DNA of 32,837 bases from Methanotrichaceae archaeon (GCA_963803145.1 CAWDLW010000033.1:1-32837), one strand, 5' to 3'; counted from the first letter of the stretch, positions 17,852 through 27,102 are shown. Notes: generated from the letters alone by a model not told the origin. A program made the numbers and translations.

Positions 17852-20318
17852 ATAAATCAATCGCATCCTCACCCAGGGGCGGGGTGATGGTGCCATCCTT
17901 GGAAATATAGCGATAAACAGGATGATACATGCCAGTGTACAACCCATATCCTTTACCAGTCCATGTGCAGACGAGCCCGCCCTGGTTATCAAATGACGAT
18001 TGCCCGGCTGTCTGGTTGTATCCAGCGGCTGATTTGCCGGGAGAGAAATTAACTGGCGCTGACCACGCCCCGCCGATTCGGTTAGAGTAATAAACATCGC
18101 CAATCTTAGTATCTGGATCTGACCATTTCTTGTAGAATAAATGCGGAACACCGTTTGCATCTAAAAGCAGGTTGCCTGGAAAACCAACATAATTACCATT
18201 ACCCCCAACGATCTTTTCAATGGCGTTCCAAGTCCCCCCGACGTTGTTTATGTATTGAATCGAACTGAAGTTGGTAAAATCAAACCACGCAACATGGACA
18301 GCGTCATTTTTATCGACATCGAGAGATGGATATCGTGCGTCAATATCGTCGGCGGATAGATCTTCTCTTGCTCCCCACGCGCCGTCTTTCTCCCAGTGGC
18401 AAATCGTGCTGTAATTCGCATGGGCGATATTGACGTTCCCACATGCAGCGACTATATGCGGGTGATCATCCGGGTCGCACAAGACGGTACTTTCGAATGA
18501 CGGATACAATGAATGAAGATCGCTAATGTTTACAGGAACGCTCCAAGCTCCCTCTTTGGGCTTGTACCTATAGAAGACATCTTTACCGAACAAAGAAAGA
18601 TCGAGGTCGCTATTGACTTGCATGAAATACGGGGCAAAATATGCCGGGTAGTTGGAGGTTGCTTCAACATCAGTCACACCAACGCCGTGATAATGGTCAG
18701 TATTTGAAATCCATGCATGACCAGACCAGGGGTATTCGTAATAATCCATACCAGCGGAGCCAACAGCAGGTCCAGTATTACCGGAAAAATTATCGTGAAT
18801 ATGAGTAGTACTGCCGCCAGCATCGGAATAAGAGTTGTTTCCAACAATGCACTTATTAGAAAGTATTCCACTGCTACTGAGATCTGTGGAGAAGAGACTT
18901 GAAAGAACTGATGCGGATAGTATGATAGAATTTGCAGGAAGAGTAGTGATAGGAGACGTGACCAATCCAAGTATAGTATTGTAACTGGGTGGAATATGGC
19001 TGGATGGAGACGAGTTAATACTAAATGGGTGGGTATGGCCGCAGCCAGCAAAAGTATACGAAGGATACATTTCCATCTCACAAGTTAGGCAGCCATCGGC
19101 AGCGGCAAAAGTGCCAGAGAACGTATGGTAATTAGTAGCAGATCCGCCTAAAGTGCCGACTGTATCGCTCCCGAATATGTAATATCCATCCTGGTCTGAA
19201 TATCGAGAGAACCCGGCTGGAACAGCGTTGGTAAACGGAATCACGATGTCCGCAGGAAGAGATGGTGGAATACCTGGATATTTGAGAATTTTCATGGACC
19301 GATATGGAGGAAGACGAGACGCCAAAGACAAACTGACGGGTCCGAATGAAGAATGATGATAACCATGTAACGCAACATATGTGTAATACAAACCGACATC
19401 GTATCCCATATTGGTAGCCCCGATGGAAGCTCCACCCCAATATGAATACGAATGAGAATGATTATTGGCTGATAAATCTGGGCTATACGCGCCAGTACCG
19501 CCTGTCAATATACGCTGATTGGCATTTCCGCCCACACCTGAAACAAGGGTGAACCCGGCAGGAGTGGAAGAACCGCTGAATAACCAATAAGTGTAATCAA
19601 GAACTCCGTCCCACTTGGAATAAGTTATATGAATTCCATCATTTTTATCGACCGTGATGGATGGATTGATATATTCCACGAATGCTTCATCGGAGTCAAC
19701 GATTTCAGAAGTCCAATGTTCTCCACCATCGACGCTTTTGAGGTACACAACCCTATGCCGCCCGGCGATCTTGTAGTTGCATATGGCATGCAAAGTACCA
19801 TCAGATGTCTTAACTAAATGACGAGAAGACACTGGATACAGGACAAATTGAGCCGATCTATTATCAGGAGAATAATTGGGCAGATCGAATGTGGCAGAAG
19901 GTATTATGGTGACATCATCCGGCGCCAAGTCAGTCACATGTGTCTTATGCCACCAATCACTAATACTCTGCTCTTCTGGTTGCTCCAGATCCGTAACCGC
20001 TCCCAGGTCATCAACCCACGGACCGTCACCAACGATGATGGAGACACTGCCGCCACTATGTAAGGTCCTCTTGTGGAGAACTTCGGCTGGATCTAATTCG
20101 GTTTGATAGATAGTTATGGGAACATGGTTTTCATCGAGAACTCGCATATTAGAGATGGGATTTAGTCGGGATTTATCAAGGACAAGAGCAGGGTCGATAG
20201 CCGTCCTGTAGCACGTAACGGGATCACCCGTAGGATTTTCAAGAAGGATTACACTGATGTCACGAGATTCCGATAATGGAACTCTTGCTTTGTTTCGAAC
20301 TTCGAATAGATCGGTCAT
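17847..20318 (-). CDS. Large BNR/Asp-box beta-propeller protein with inserted tail-fibre-like HxH repeats (putative adhesin/receptor-binding protein), truncated by IS200
   Basis: Asp-box SVDGGEHW; repeated PS(I/L)xVDKNDx(I/V)H(I/V)xW/Y blades; three collar/HxH repeats; ATG at 20318 lies 1 nt after the upstream stop. Confidence 0.75.
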   Translation of the reverse strand: MTDLFEVRNKARVPLSESRDISVILLENPTGDPVTCYRTAIDPALVLDKSRLNPISNMRVLDENHVPITIYQTELDPAEVLHKRTLHSGGSVSIIVGDGPWVDDLGAVTDLEQPEEQSISDWWHKTHVTDLAPDDVTIIPSATFDLPNYSPDNRSAQFVLYPVSSRHLVKTSDGTLHAICNYKIAGRHRVVYLKSVDGGEHWTSEIVDSDEAFVEYINPSITVDKNDGIHITYSKWDGVLDYTYWLFSGSSTPAGFTLVSGVGGNANQRILTGGTGAYSPDLSANNHSHSYSYWGGASIGATNMGYDVGLYYTYVALHGYHHSSFGPVSLSLASRLPPYRSMKILKYPGIPPSLPADIVIPFTNAVPAGFSRYSDQDGYYIFGSDTVGTLGGSATNYHTFSGTFAAADGCLTCEMEMYPSYTFAGCGHTHPFSINSSPSSHIPPSYNTILGLVTSPITTLPANSIILSASVLSSLFSTDLSSSGILSNKCIVGNNSYSDAGGSTTHIHDNFSGNTGPAVGSAGMDYYEYPWSGHAWISNTDHYHGVGVTDVEATSNYPAYFAPYFMQVNSDLDLSLFGKDVFYRYKPKEGAWSVPVNISDLHSLYPSFESTVLCDPDDHPHIVAACGNVNIAHANYSTICHWEKDGAWGAREDLSADDIDARYPSLDVDKNDAVHVAWFDFTNFSSIQYINNVGGTWNAIEKIVGGNGNYVGFPGNLLLDANGVPHLFYKKWSDPDTKIGDVYYSNRIGGAWSAPVNFSPGKSAAGYNQTAGQSSFDNQGGLVCTWTGKGYGLYTGMYHPVYRYISKDGTITPPLGEDAIDLF

Positions 20319-20319
20319 A

Positions 20320-20682
20320 TTAAAACCCAGACTGTAGCTTGGGTATTGGATCACCCAGGGGCGCTGGGGCGTCGGGACTCGGGGGAGATACAACTGTTCC
20401 TCCCATCATAACGATTTGGCCACTCGACGGGTCTTTTACGACATACTGGGTGGTGCTCGTGCCGTTAGAGTCGATTGTTGTGCGAACATTTTCTATAGAT
20501 ATATCCCCGAGCCTGCTAAATTGGGGTGTGATATTTTGAGCCTTGAACACTTCAGCTATATGCGCCCTGATGTTATCAGTTATATTTTTCGAAGGCGCAG
20601 CATCGCTTGTGCTGTTAGTCTCCTGTGCCGATCCGGCTGCTAGCAAGCCCGCCAGCAGCACCAATGCCAACATTGTTTTCAT
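20320..20682 (-). CDS. Small secreted protein
   Basis: Signal peptide MKTMLALVLLAGLLAAGSAQ; AGGAG RBS; N-glycosylation sequons; Pro-rich tail. Confidence 0.75.
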   Translation of the reverse strand: MKTMLALVLLAGLLAAGSAQETNSTSDAAPSKNITDNIRAHIAEVFKAQNITPQFSRLGDISIENVRTTIDSNGTSTTQYVVKDPSSGQIVMMGGTVVSPPSPDAPAPLGDPIPKLQSGF

Positions 20683-20939
20683 TTTTTCTTCAACTCCTAT
20701 CCATTATCATGTTCCAATTCAACTGCCAACAACAAAAAATCAAAAATCGAGGGAAACCCGCTTCGCGGGAGCCCTATAATAGGAAACGCCGGAAATACCC
20801 AAAATTTGATCAAAGGTAGGTATAGAATCATCGCAAGCAGTAGGTTAATTAATATCACGCAACCCCTAGACGAAAGATCCTCACCCAGCCCGACGAACGA
20901 TCTTGGAGAGAAATCGGCATCATCCGACCCGTTAGAGGT

Positions 20940-21234
20940 GTTTACACAGGCCGTTTTCGCTATCATCAGACGCTGTTTACAACGTGTTAACATGAAGTTT
21001 ACTTTGAAAACCGATATCGGACGGATCTGTTTACCAAGTTTACCTGTTTTTGACACATATACACTAATATTCTCATTTTTTCTCGCCCCTCCCCCAGGGG
21101 AGAGGGCGGCGCCCTGAGTTATACTGTTATACTGTATATATGTATTAAATATAGGTAAACTAGTAAACACCGGGTTAACACGTAACGTTTTTTCCGATGT
21201 AAACACCCGGTAAACAGGAGTAAACAGGGTAAAC
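20940..21234. other. Putative replication origin with inverted iteron arrays
   Basis: 5x GTTTAC (20940, 20975, 20997, 21029, 21038) and 6x GTAAAC (21155, 21163, 21199, 21210, 21220, 21229) flank a GC hairpin and an AT-rich tract, directly downstream of the primase-helicase gene. Confidence 0.8.
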
Positions 21235-21239
21235 ATGCC

Positions 21240-23870
21240 CTACGCCTCCTGTTTCCACTCGGCTACAAGCACCTGCTCCAGCCCCGGCGCCCGCGCTTCC
21301 TGGGGGATCGGCGCCCGGAGATGGAGATAAAGCTGGGTCGTCCTGCTGCCACATCCTACATGGCCCTCGTCGGAATCTTCACTAACTTTCTCCGTGAAGA
21401 AGTTCGGACACTTGGACGACAAACCGCCATCACTGTTTCGCCCATTAATAAGCTGTGAGAGACGAGATTTTGTGATATCCATCTTTTTCCAGGCATCTTT
21501 GTAAGAAATACTACAGCCATGGTCGCTCACGATCTGTAGAAGTTTAAGTTCCTGTGACGAGAGTTTAGTCCTCATTTGCTGGTGGATATGCATGTACAGA
21601 GCTAAAGCATCTGAGAAATCTTGTCGGACTGCTGTTACCCTGATAATGCCGTTCGGGTCGGTCGAATTCTCTCTGACGCGGTAGCGCATTACTGCAAATG
21701 CGTAAATCAGATCCATGAAGATGTTAAAGTTTCTAACATTGGCCCGCCCGTTATTCATCTCTTTCCAATCAATTCTCTTGTCCGCATCGGGTATTGTCAC
21801 TATATATCGATTTGACTTCAGCTTTTCAAGGCAGCACCGGCAGACAGCAATATCCGGGTCGGTAGAGGGTGTAACACCAGTTGAAGCTCGTTCGAGGGCA
21901 TTTCTTATAATATTTTTGTCTCTTTCAAGACTACCTTTAACTTCCAACATCAATGTCCTGTTCAAGACTTCTGCCTCATCCTTGCTATCCACCTGGGTGC
22001 TGACGATCTGCACGCCGGGTGGTATTTGGGCCAAGAAAGCATCCTGCTCAGCGACAGTCTTGTAACTGTAACCGTTCTTGAAGTTGGTTTGGTTTCTTTT
22101 AAGGACATCGGCCAGCCTATCACTAGGCCGATTATCGTCGAGGATAACCATCATACCAGAGAAAATACTTTTTCCAGCATGATACAACAAGGCCATAGGG
22201 CTCATACCGGAGACATCTACCCATCGGCCCATTTGTTCGGCCGCTGTCAATACCGCGTGACTTTTCCCATCCCCCGAGTCACCATTCACTTGAATTACTG
22301 CTATGCCCGTGCTGTTTTCGATGTTAGCAGACAGGTTTGCAGCTAAAAGTGATGTAGCAATATGCTTGTCCTCTTCATGCCTTCTATTGTATACTTCAAC
22401 CCAAAATTCGGGGAGAGTGCAATTATTTAGTATCTCTTCAGCCTTAGTTTCGATATCTTCATCGAACTTTTCAGGCTCAAATTTGACTTCTTCATTAGCT
22501 CCCAGCGCCTTCTGGGTGGGTTTGAACACATGCGTTACTTCATTAACGTCTACACCGAGCTTGAGGAGCTGCTTTTCGTGCTTTTTGGCAATACGGTAAG
22601 CTGCTTTTTCTTCCTCTTCAGAGAAGTCCTCGCTGAGGATTTTATCTATCAGGTCTTTATAATTCTCGATATCCCATTTGGAGAAGCCTTTTCCATCTTT
22701 ACTCGTAGCACCATCACACTGCCTGCTGAGAGCCCTGAAACAGCTAATTACCGTTACCCCCGTGGGAATGACTGGGCGCTTGAGTTCCGCTACCTGCTCC
22801 TCAGTGACGTATCCCAACTCCAAGGCAGCATCTACAGCATCCCAATACTTCTTCCCCCGGAGAGCACCGCTACCAGCTTCTTCCCATTTGATGATGCCCT
22901 TCATGCAGGCGATAAAATCCAAAGGCGACCCGCCCCGGTTCAAGCCATCGTGCATGTAGGCCCAGCTATTTTTCTCGATGTTTACGAGAAGATTATGACC
23001 CGAGCTGCTTCCGAGGGTAGGATGGGGTCCCGCCAACTGCCCTGATTCCGTGTGCCAGTCCGGGCCGGTAGTGTCGATAACTTTCAGAATATCAATGTGA
23101 AGAGTCTTCTGAGGCTCCGCCTCCACATCCTGGGGGCGCGGCTTCTTCCTTTCGGCCTCTAAATCCTCAATGGTCTCTGTGCCGAAAACCTTAATTTTAA
23201 AATCTCTTATGGCGCAATGTATGACCGACTCGAGACCAAGGTAGCAGTTTGGGTTGTCAGGGAAGGAGAGTTCGGGGATCTTTTTGCCTGTGAAGACGAG
23301 AAATCTGGAGCCGATGCCTTTCTTGGTAGTCTCATTATAGACACCACCTTCATACAGCTCTACGCCGTTAAATCTGGCCTTTTCGCCCTTTATTTTTATT
23401 ATGTTGGCCTTACACTCATCAGAAAGATCATCTGGACCTTCAAAAACGAATTGATGAGAAGCAGTCAGTTTGGGGAGACCTGTAGTTGGTGCGATGAATC
23501 GCAGGCCACATTGAGAGGAGGAGTACTCTGTATATATGGGTTCAATCTTCTTTATGATATCAGCCGCGAACTTTCCTATCTCTCCTGTTTCTGGATTTAC
23601 GCAGCAATCAATGTCTCCGCCGACGAAGCCCTGACCATGCTTCATCAACATGCCAATGCCGGTGCACTTGCGGTTCTTTTCTCTGATTTCTAATGCCTCG
23701 TCAAAGCCTAGCCATCCCTTCGGGTCCTGCCAACCACTGAGAGTGAAGCCCTTGCCGCTTTTGTTTCTAACAATTGGATTCTTCTTACCGTCAAAGCATA
23801 GTGCCCACTGAGGCAGCTTTTTGATTAGATCCGGTAGTTGGGAATAGTCGGTCATCTTACATGCTGCCAT
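21240..23870 (-). CDS. Bifunctional primase-polymerase (AEP) fused to P-loop helicase and C-terminal wHTH; replication protein
   Basis: QW..K.P..W..F..A..GIG..GGDIDCC, YTEYSSSQCGLR, VELY..RF..TG prim-pol motifs; Walker A GDSGDGKS, Walker B VILDD, LNR arginine finger. Confidence 0.88.
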   Translation of the reverse strand: MAACKMTDYSQLPDLIKKLPQWALCFDGKKNPIVRNKSGKGFTLSGWQDPKGWLGFDEALEIREKNRKCTGIGMLMKHGQGFVGGDIDCCVNPETGEIGKFAADIIKKIEPIYTEYSSSQCGLRFIAPTTGLPKLTASHQFVFEGPDDLSDECKANIIKIKGEKARFNGVELYEGGVYNETTKKGIGSRFLVFTGKKIPELSFPDNPNCYLGLESVIHCAIRDFKIKVFGTETIEDLEAERKKPRPQDVEAEPQKTLHIDILKVIDTTGPDWHTESGQLAGPHPTLGSSSGHNLLVNIEKNSWAYMHDGLNRGGSPLDFIACMKGIIKWEEAGSGALRGKKYWDAVDAALELGYVTEEQVAELKRPVIPTGVTVISCFRALSRQCDGATSKDGKGFSKWDIENYKDLIDKILSEDFSEEEEKAAYRIAKKHEKQLLKLGVDVNEVTHVFKPTQKALGANEEVKFEPEKFDEDIETKAEEILNNCTLPEFWVEVYNRRHEEDKHIATSLLAANLSANIENSTGIAVIQVNGDSGDGKSHAVLTAAEQMGRWVDVSGMSPMALLYHAGKSIFSGMMVILDDNRPSDRLADVLKRNQTNFKNGYSYKTVAEQDAFLAQIPPGVQIVSTQVDSKDEAEVLNRTLMLEVKGSLERDKNIIRNALERASTGVTPSTDPDIAVCRCCLEKLKSNRYIVTIPDADKRIDWKEMNNGRANVRNFNIFMDLIYAFAVMRYRVRENSTDPNGIIRVTAVRQDFSDALALYMHIHQQMRTKLSSQELKLLQIVSDHGCSISYKDAWKKMDITKSRLSQLINGRNSDGGLSSKCPNFFTEKVSEDSDEGHVGCGSRTTQLYLHLRAPIPQEARAPGLEQVLVAEWKQEA

Positions 23871-24159
23871 CTTGACTCTCCCCCATTCTCAAAACTGACT
23901 CAGTGTATTCTGCGGTGTTGTTGATGTCGTGCAATTTTACGTTGGCCCAACCTGTTTTTTCGACTTCAGCAGTAACGAAATATTCACTGCTATCAGTGAG
24001 ATGGCAGCGGCTCAAGTTTCCATCTGCGATCAGGAGAGACACAAGCACATCCTCGGTGATCTTGAGACGCTTGCGCAGGCGGTTAAGGCGCGAGACAAGC
24101 TCTCTTTTCGAGAGCTTTAATTCAGACAAAATGATTTTTTTCTCGATATCATCGTCCAT
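23857..24159 (-). CDS. Hypothetical protein (coiled-coil N-terminus)
   Basis: Overlaps both neighbours in an operon; GGAGG RBS before MDDDIEKK. Confidence 0.6.
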   Translation of the reverse strand: MDDDIEKKIILSELKLSKRELVSRLNRLRKRLKITEDVLVSLLIADGNLSRCHLTDSSEYFVTAEVEKTGWANVKLHDINNTAEYTESVLRMGESQDGSM

Positions 24160-24760
24160 CGCCCTCGCCTCCCTCCAACATTTTTTGAACTCTTTTTTGC
24201 ACAGCCCCTTCGATATCGACAATATCAATTAACGGAGCTGGGAGCGCGAGAGACTTGATTTCGATTCTTTTGCCGTTTTGAAGAAATATTTCCTCGACGG
24301 GTAGGGCGAGAGCTTGCGCTTTCTTGGCAAATTCAGGTGTGCAGAGGCTGAAAACGATTATTCCATTGGCGCCCGTCACGATTTCCTCCTCGCATCTATC
24401 GCATCGATGGATGAAAAACTGACTTTTTGGGGCGCAGTAGATACGTTCGAACTTGCCGCCGCAAACGCAATTGCCATTTTGGGCGAATCGGTATAAATTC
24501 AGGTTAGAAAAGAATTTACCCTGGACTATCGGGGGCTGAACTTCTAGTGGTACTTTTTTCGCGCCCATTTCACATCCAGCACCTTTGACCCAAGTTCCTG
24601 TGAAACGTGTTTCTGAAGGGACTTCGTTTTCTGAAGCGTGTTTTGAAGCGTGTTTAGACTGGTCTGGAGCGAGTATATTTGGAACCAACCTGTCGCCCGG
24701 TGTTGCTTTGTTTTCGGAATTTTCAGAAAACTTTATCTCTTCAGAAGTAGATTTATCCAT
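24149..24760 (-). CDS. Hypothetical zinc-ribbon protein
   Basis: CVCGG...RCDRC motif; start at MDKSTS is uncertain (ORF open from 24841). Confidence 0.6.
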   Translation of the reverse strand: MDKSTSEEIKFSENSENKATPGDRLVPNILAPDQSKHASKHASENEVPSETRFTGTWVKGAGCEMGAKKVPLEVQPPIVQGKFFSNLNLYRFAQNGNCVCGGKFERIYCAPKSQFFIHRCDRCEEEIVTGANGIIVFSLCTPEFAKKAQALALPVEEIFLQNGKRIEIKSLALPAPLIDIVDIEGAVQKRVQKMLEGGEGDGR

Positions 24761-24868
24761 GGAGCATCGCCCCGACACGTTGAATATGCTTGGTCGAGCC
24801 ATCTGTCCTGGTTGTGTTCCTGCTCTCGGAATAGGCTGCAACCGATCCGAGGGCGCCTGATTTTTCTA

Positions 24869-25030
24869 TCATGTTCCTGCCTCGATGCCCCTTTCTATTA
24901 GTGTTCGAATAGCGGTGCTCTGTGTAACGTTTTCTTCTGCCATCATAGCCTCAATTTTATTGAGGATACTCCGTGGCACGTTCCCTTGGATATGGTTTGA
25001 ACAAGGGTCTTCCTTTTTCGGTCTAACCAA
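24869..25030 (-). CDS. Ribbon-helix-helix (CopG-like) regulator, 53 aa, not in the ORF track
   Basis: TTG start: MVRPKKEDPCSNHIQGNVPRSILNKIEAMMAEENVTQSTAIRTLIERGIEAGT; GGAG RBS and TATAAAA box upstream; first gene of the replication operon. Confidence 0.75.
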   Translation of the reverse strand: MVRPKKEDPCSNHIQGNVPRSILNKIEAMMAEENVTQSTAIRTLIERGIEAGT

Positions 25031-25359
25031 AGTTTTTCAACTCCGTGGGTTTTATAATACATATTACAATTGCCAACTATTTAATAGTTTTCCTTCCATT
25101 TGGTTTATTACTGTCAGATATATTGACCCATATACGCATATTTAGTGGAAGTCTTTAATTTTATTGTCGAAACACGTTTTACCTTTGTGCAGCATTGGTT
25201 TAAATTGTTGTCCAGAAATTGAACATTTTTGCGCTTTGCTTTATCATCATCATCGTCGTAAATCATATTGGCATGCTGATCAGGTAGATTCATTGTAAAC
25301 GCGACTTTATGGCGAGATACCCGTCGCCCGTATAACCGGTCTGTTTTCCACCTGATAAA

Positions 25360-26238
25360 TTATACACGGAGGCATTGGTCATATTTCTCCCTGAGAACTT
25401 TATCGCCGAGGTGGGAATATCTTAGCGTAGTTCTAATATCGCTATGCCGGAGGATCTTCTTAACCATCAATAAATCGCAACCATTAGCGATCAGCAGGCT
25501 AGCAGCGGAGTGACGGGCAAAAACATGTAGCCCGCCAGGTTTTTCAATGCCTGCCGACTTTTTATATCCCATAAACATATGGGCCAAGCTCCTTCTATCC
25601 CACCTATTTCCATAATCTGAAAAAAATAATGGCTTTCTGTTATCTATCTCCACAGGCGGGCGAACTCCCAGGTAGGTGCGGAGTATATGGCAGCAACTAT
25701 CAGAGATAAAAACAAGTTGTTCCGGCCCCGATTTAGTCTCTTTTAATCTTAGCGTTTGATTCTTCAGGTCCACGTCGGGCAAATCCAACCCGCACAGCTC
25801 TGAAGCCCGGAGACACCCGTAAAAGAGCGTGTTCAGCATCGTATAATGTTTCAAATTTACGGCAGAAGCCTCAAAGATCTTCAATATATCTGAAGCCCCG
25901 AAGTAATATGGAATACGGCCAGTAGGGGGAAGAAACGGAAAGTGGATCTCTTCGCCGTTCATCTCGTAGTACCGTTTGATAGCACCACAAGTGTTATTGA
26001 TAGTGCTTCTTGCTAAATGCCTTTCAATGAGAGTCTGACGATATTCATTGAAGTCATTGATGGACGGGCGGTCTGTCCCAACATGCTTGAGATACCTACG
26101 GACCCGGTCAACATGTGATAAAATCGTAGATTCCTTAAATCCATGGTCTTCGAGAAATCGTTTATATCTTATTATAGCGGGGTCAACGCATTCAGTTTGT
26201 GGTACTCGCCCCCAGTCTATGGCAAGTTTCTTTTTCAT
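25360..26238 (-). CDS. Tyrosine integrase/recombinase (XerC/D-like, with SAM-like N-domain)
   Basis: LRASEL, KETKSG, HVFARH, LRHSDIRTTLRY; adjacent to the tRNA att site. Confidence 0.95.
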   Translation of the reverse strand: MKKKLAIDWGRVPQTECVDPAIIRYKRFLEDHGFKESTILSHVDRVRRYLKHVGTDRPSINDFNEYRQTLIERHLARSTINNTCGAIKRYYEMNGEEIHFPFLPPTGRIPYYFGASDILKIFEASAVNLKHYTMLNTLFYGCLRASELCGLDLPDVDLKNQTLRLKETKSGPEQLVFISDSCCHILRTYLGVRPPVEIDNRKPLFFSDYGNRWDRRSLAHMFMGYKKSAGIEKPGGLHVFARHSAASLLIANGCDLLMVKKILRHSDIRTTLRYSHLGDKVLREKYDQCLRV

Positions 26239-26336
26239 AAACCTCTCCTGAAAAGAGAAATGGGGGCAACCCTGTCACCTCTCACTAACACCCAGATGAA
26301 AGGCGGGGCGCCATGCGCGTAGCGCATGGTGATTTA

Positions 26337-26421
26337 CGCCGAGGGTGGGATTCGAACCCACGAGCTCCGAAGGAGCACAGGTTTAGCAAACCTGCGCCAT
26401 ACCAGGCTAGGCTACCTCGAC
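26337..26421 (-). tRNA. tRNA-Ser (GCT)
   Basis: Cloverleaf: GTCGAGG acceptor stem, anticodon arm CAGGT-TTGCTAA-ACCTG, long variable arm, GGTTCGAATCC T-arm; CCA not encoded. Confidence 0.97.
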
Positions 26422-26451
26422 ATTAAACAATAGAGATAGAATTTTTCGATA

Positions 26452-26457
26452 TTTAAA
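26452..26457 (-). promoter_or_regulatory. Archaeal TATA box for tRNA-Ser
   Basis: TTTAAA about 30 nt upstream of the mature 5' end. Confidence 0.55.
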
Positions 26458-26471
26458 GCCTGCGTTAACAC

Positions 26472-26855
26472 TTATCCTTCCACGCATTTCAGAAGATCCT
26501 TGCTGGTTATTATCCCCACCAGTACGCCGTTTTCAACTACAGGCAGCCTCCTTATATCATGCTTTATCATAAGCTCCGCTGCATCCTTGGCTGATGCGTT
26601 CGGCCCAATGGTTACTAGTGGTACAGAAATCATGATCTCTCCTACATCCACTTTTGCAGGATCAATACCTACTGCTAAGATCTTTCTGAAGATCTGGCCT
26701 GTTGTAACGATACCCAGGCACTTTTTGAGGAGCCCGTCTGAGGCTACGAGAACGCAGCCCTTTCGGTCTTTTACCATGACCTGTATGGCCTCAGTTACGG
26801 CTGCATCAGGGCGCACTGAAGCAATAGGATAGCTCATCAGATTCCTGACTTTCAT
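26472..26855 (-). CDS. CBS-domain pair protein
   Basis: MKVRNLMSYP...AAELMIKHDIRRLPVVENGVLVGIITSKDLL. Confidence 0.92.
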   Translation of the reverse strand: MKVRNLMSYPIASVRPDAAVTEAIQVMVKDRKGCVLVASDGLLKKCLGIVTTGQIFRKILAVGIDPAKVDVGEIMISVPLVTIGPNASAKDAAELMIKHDIRRLPVVENGVLVGIITSKDLLKCVEG

Positions 26856-26966
26856 ATTTACTTCTGCCAATTAAGTTGAGTTCAACTTATAATATTTCCT
26901 TGTTCCGGTAATATATTTAGTGCTATAACCTGATGCTATAGCCCGGAATATATTACCGCTAGATGA

Positions 26967-27063
26967 AGCAGATCTGATGAGCGGATTTAATGAGCCGGAT
27001 TTAATGGGCAGAACAATAAGCGGATATGAGCGGATATAAGCGGATATAATAAGCAGACATAAT
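26967..27063. repeat. Degenerate short tandem repeat (AGCGGATATA-like, ~8 units of 10-14 bp)
   Basis: agcagatctgatg agcggatttaatg agccggatttaatg ... agcggatatg agcggatata agcggatataata agcagacataat. Confidence 0.7.
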
Positions 27064-27072
27064 ATAATCTGA

Positions 27073-27099
27073 GGGTCTGAGGCAGGATGCCTCAAACCC
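27073..27099 (-). terminator. Hairpin just downstream of pheT
   Basis: TGAGGCA-GGA-TGCCTCA stem extended by GGGT/ACCC. Confidence 0.4.
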
Positions 27100-27102
27100 G
27101 GC

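Larger units (their letters stand above)
11294..26392. mobile_element. ~15 kb tRNA-Ser-integrated element with integrase and primase-polymerase/helicase replicon (integrative plasmid, satellite or provirus-like)
   Basis: Flanking 57-bp direct repeats, intact integrase next to the tRNA, replication gene plus iteron origin, ArdC. Confidence 0.93.

Noticed and set aside
17847-20318. Diversity-generating retroelement targeting the adhesin
   Set aside because: No reverse transcriptase and no template/variable repeat pair seen in the window
20697-21236. 179-aa minus-strand ORF and 103-aa plus-strand ORF
   Set aside because: They overlie the iteron array (repeated VFT/FT reflect GTTTAC) and show no protein-like features
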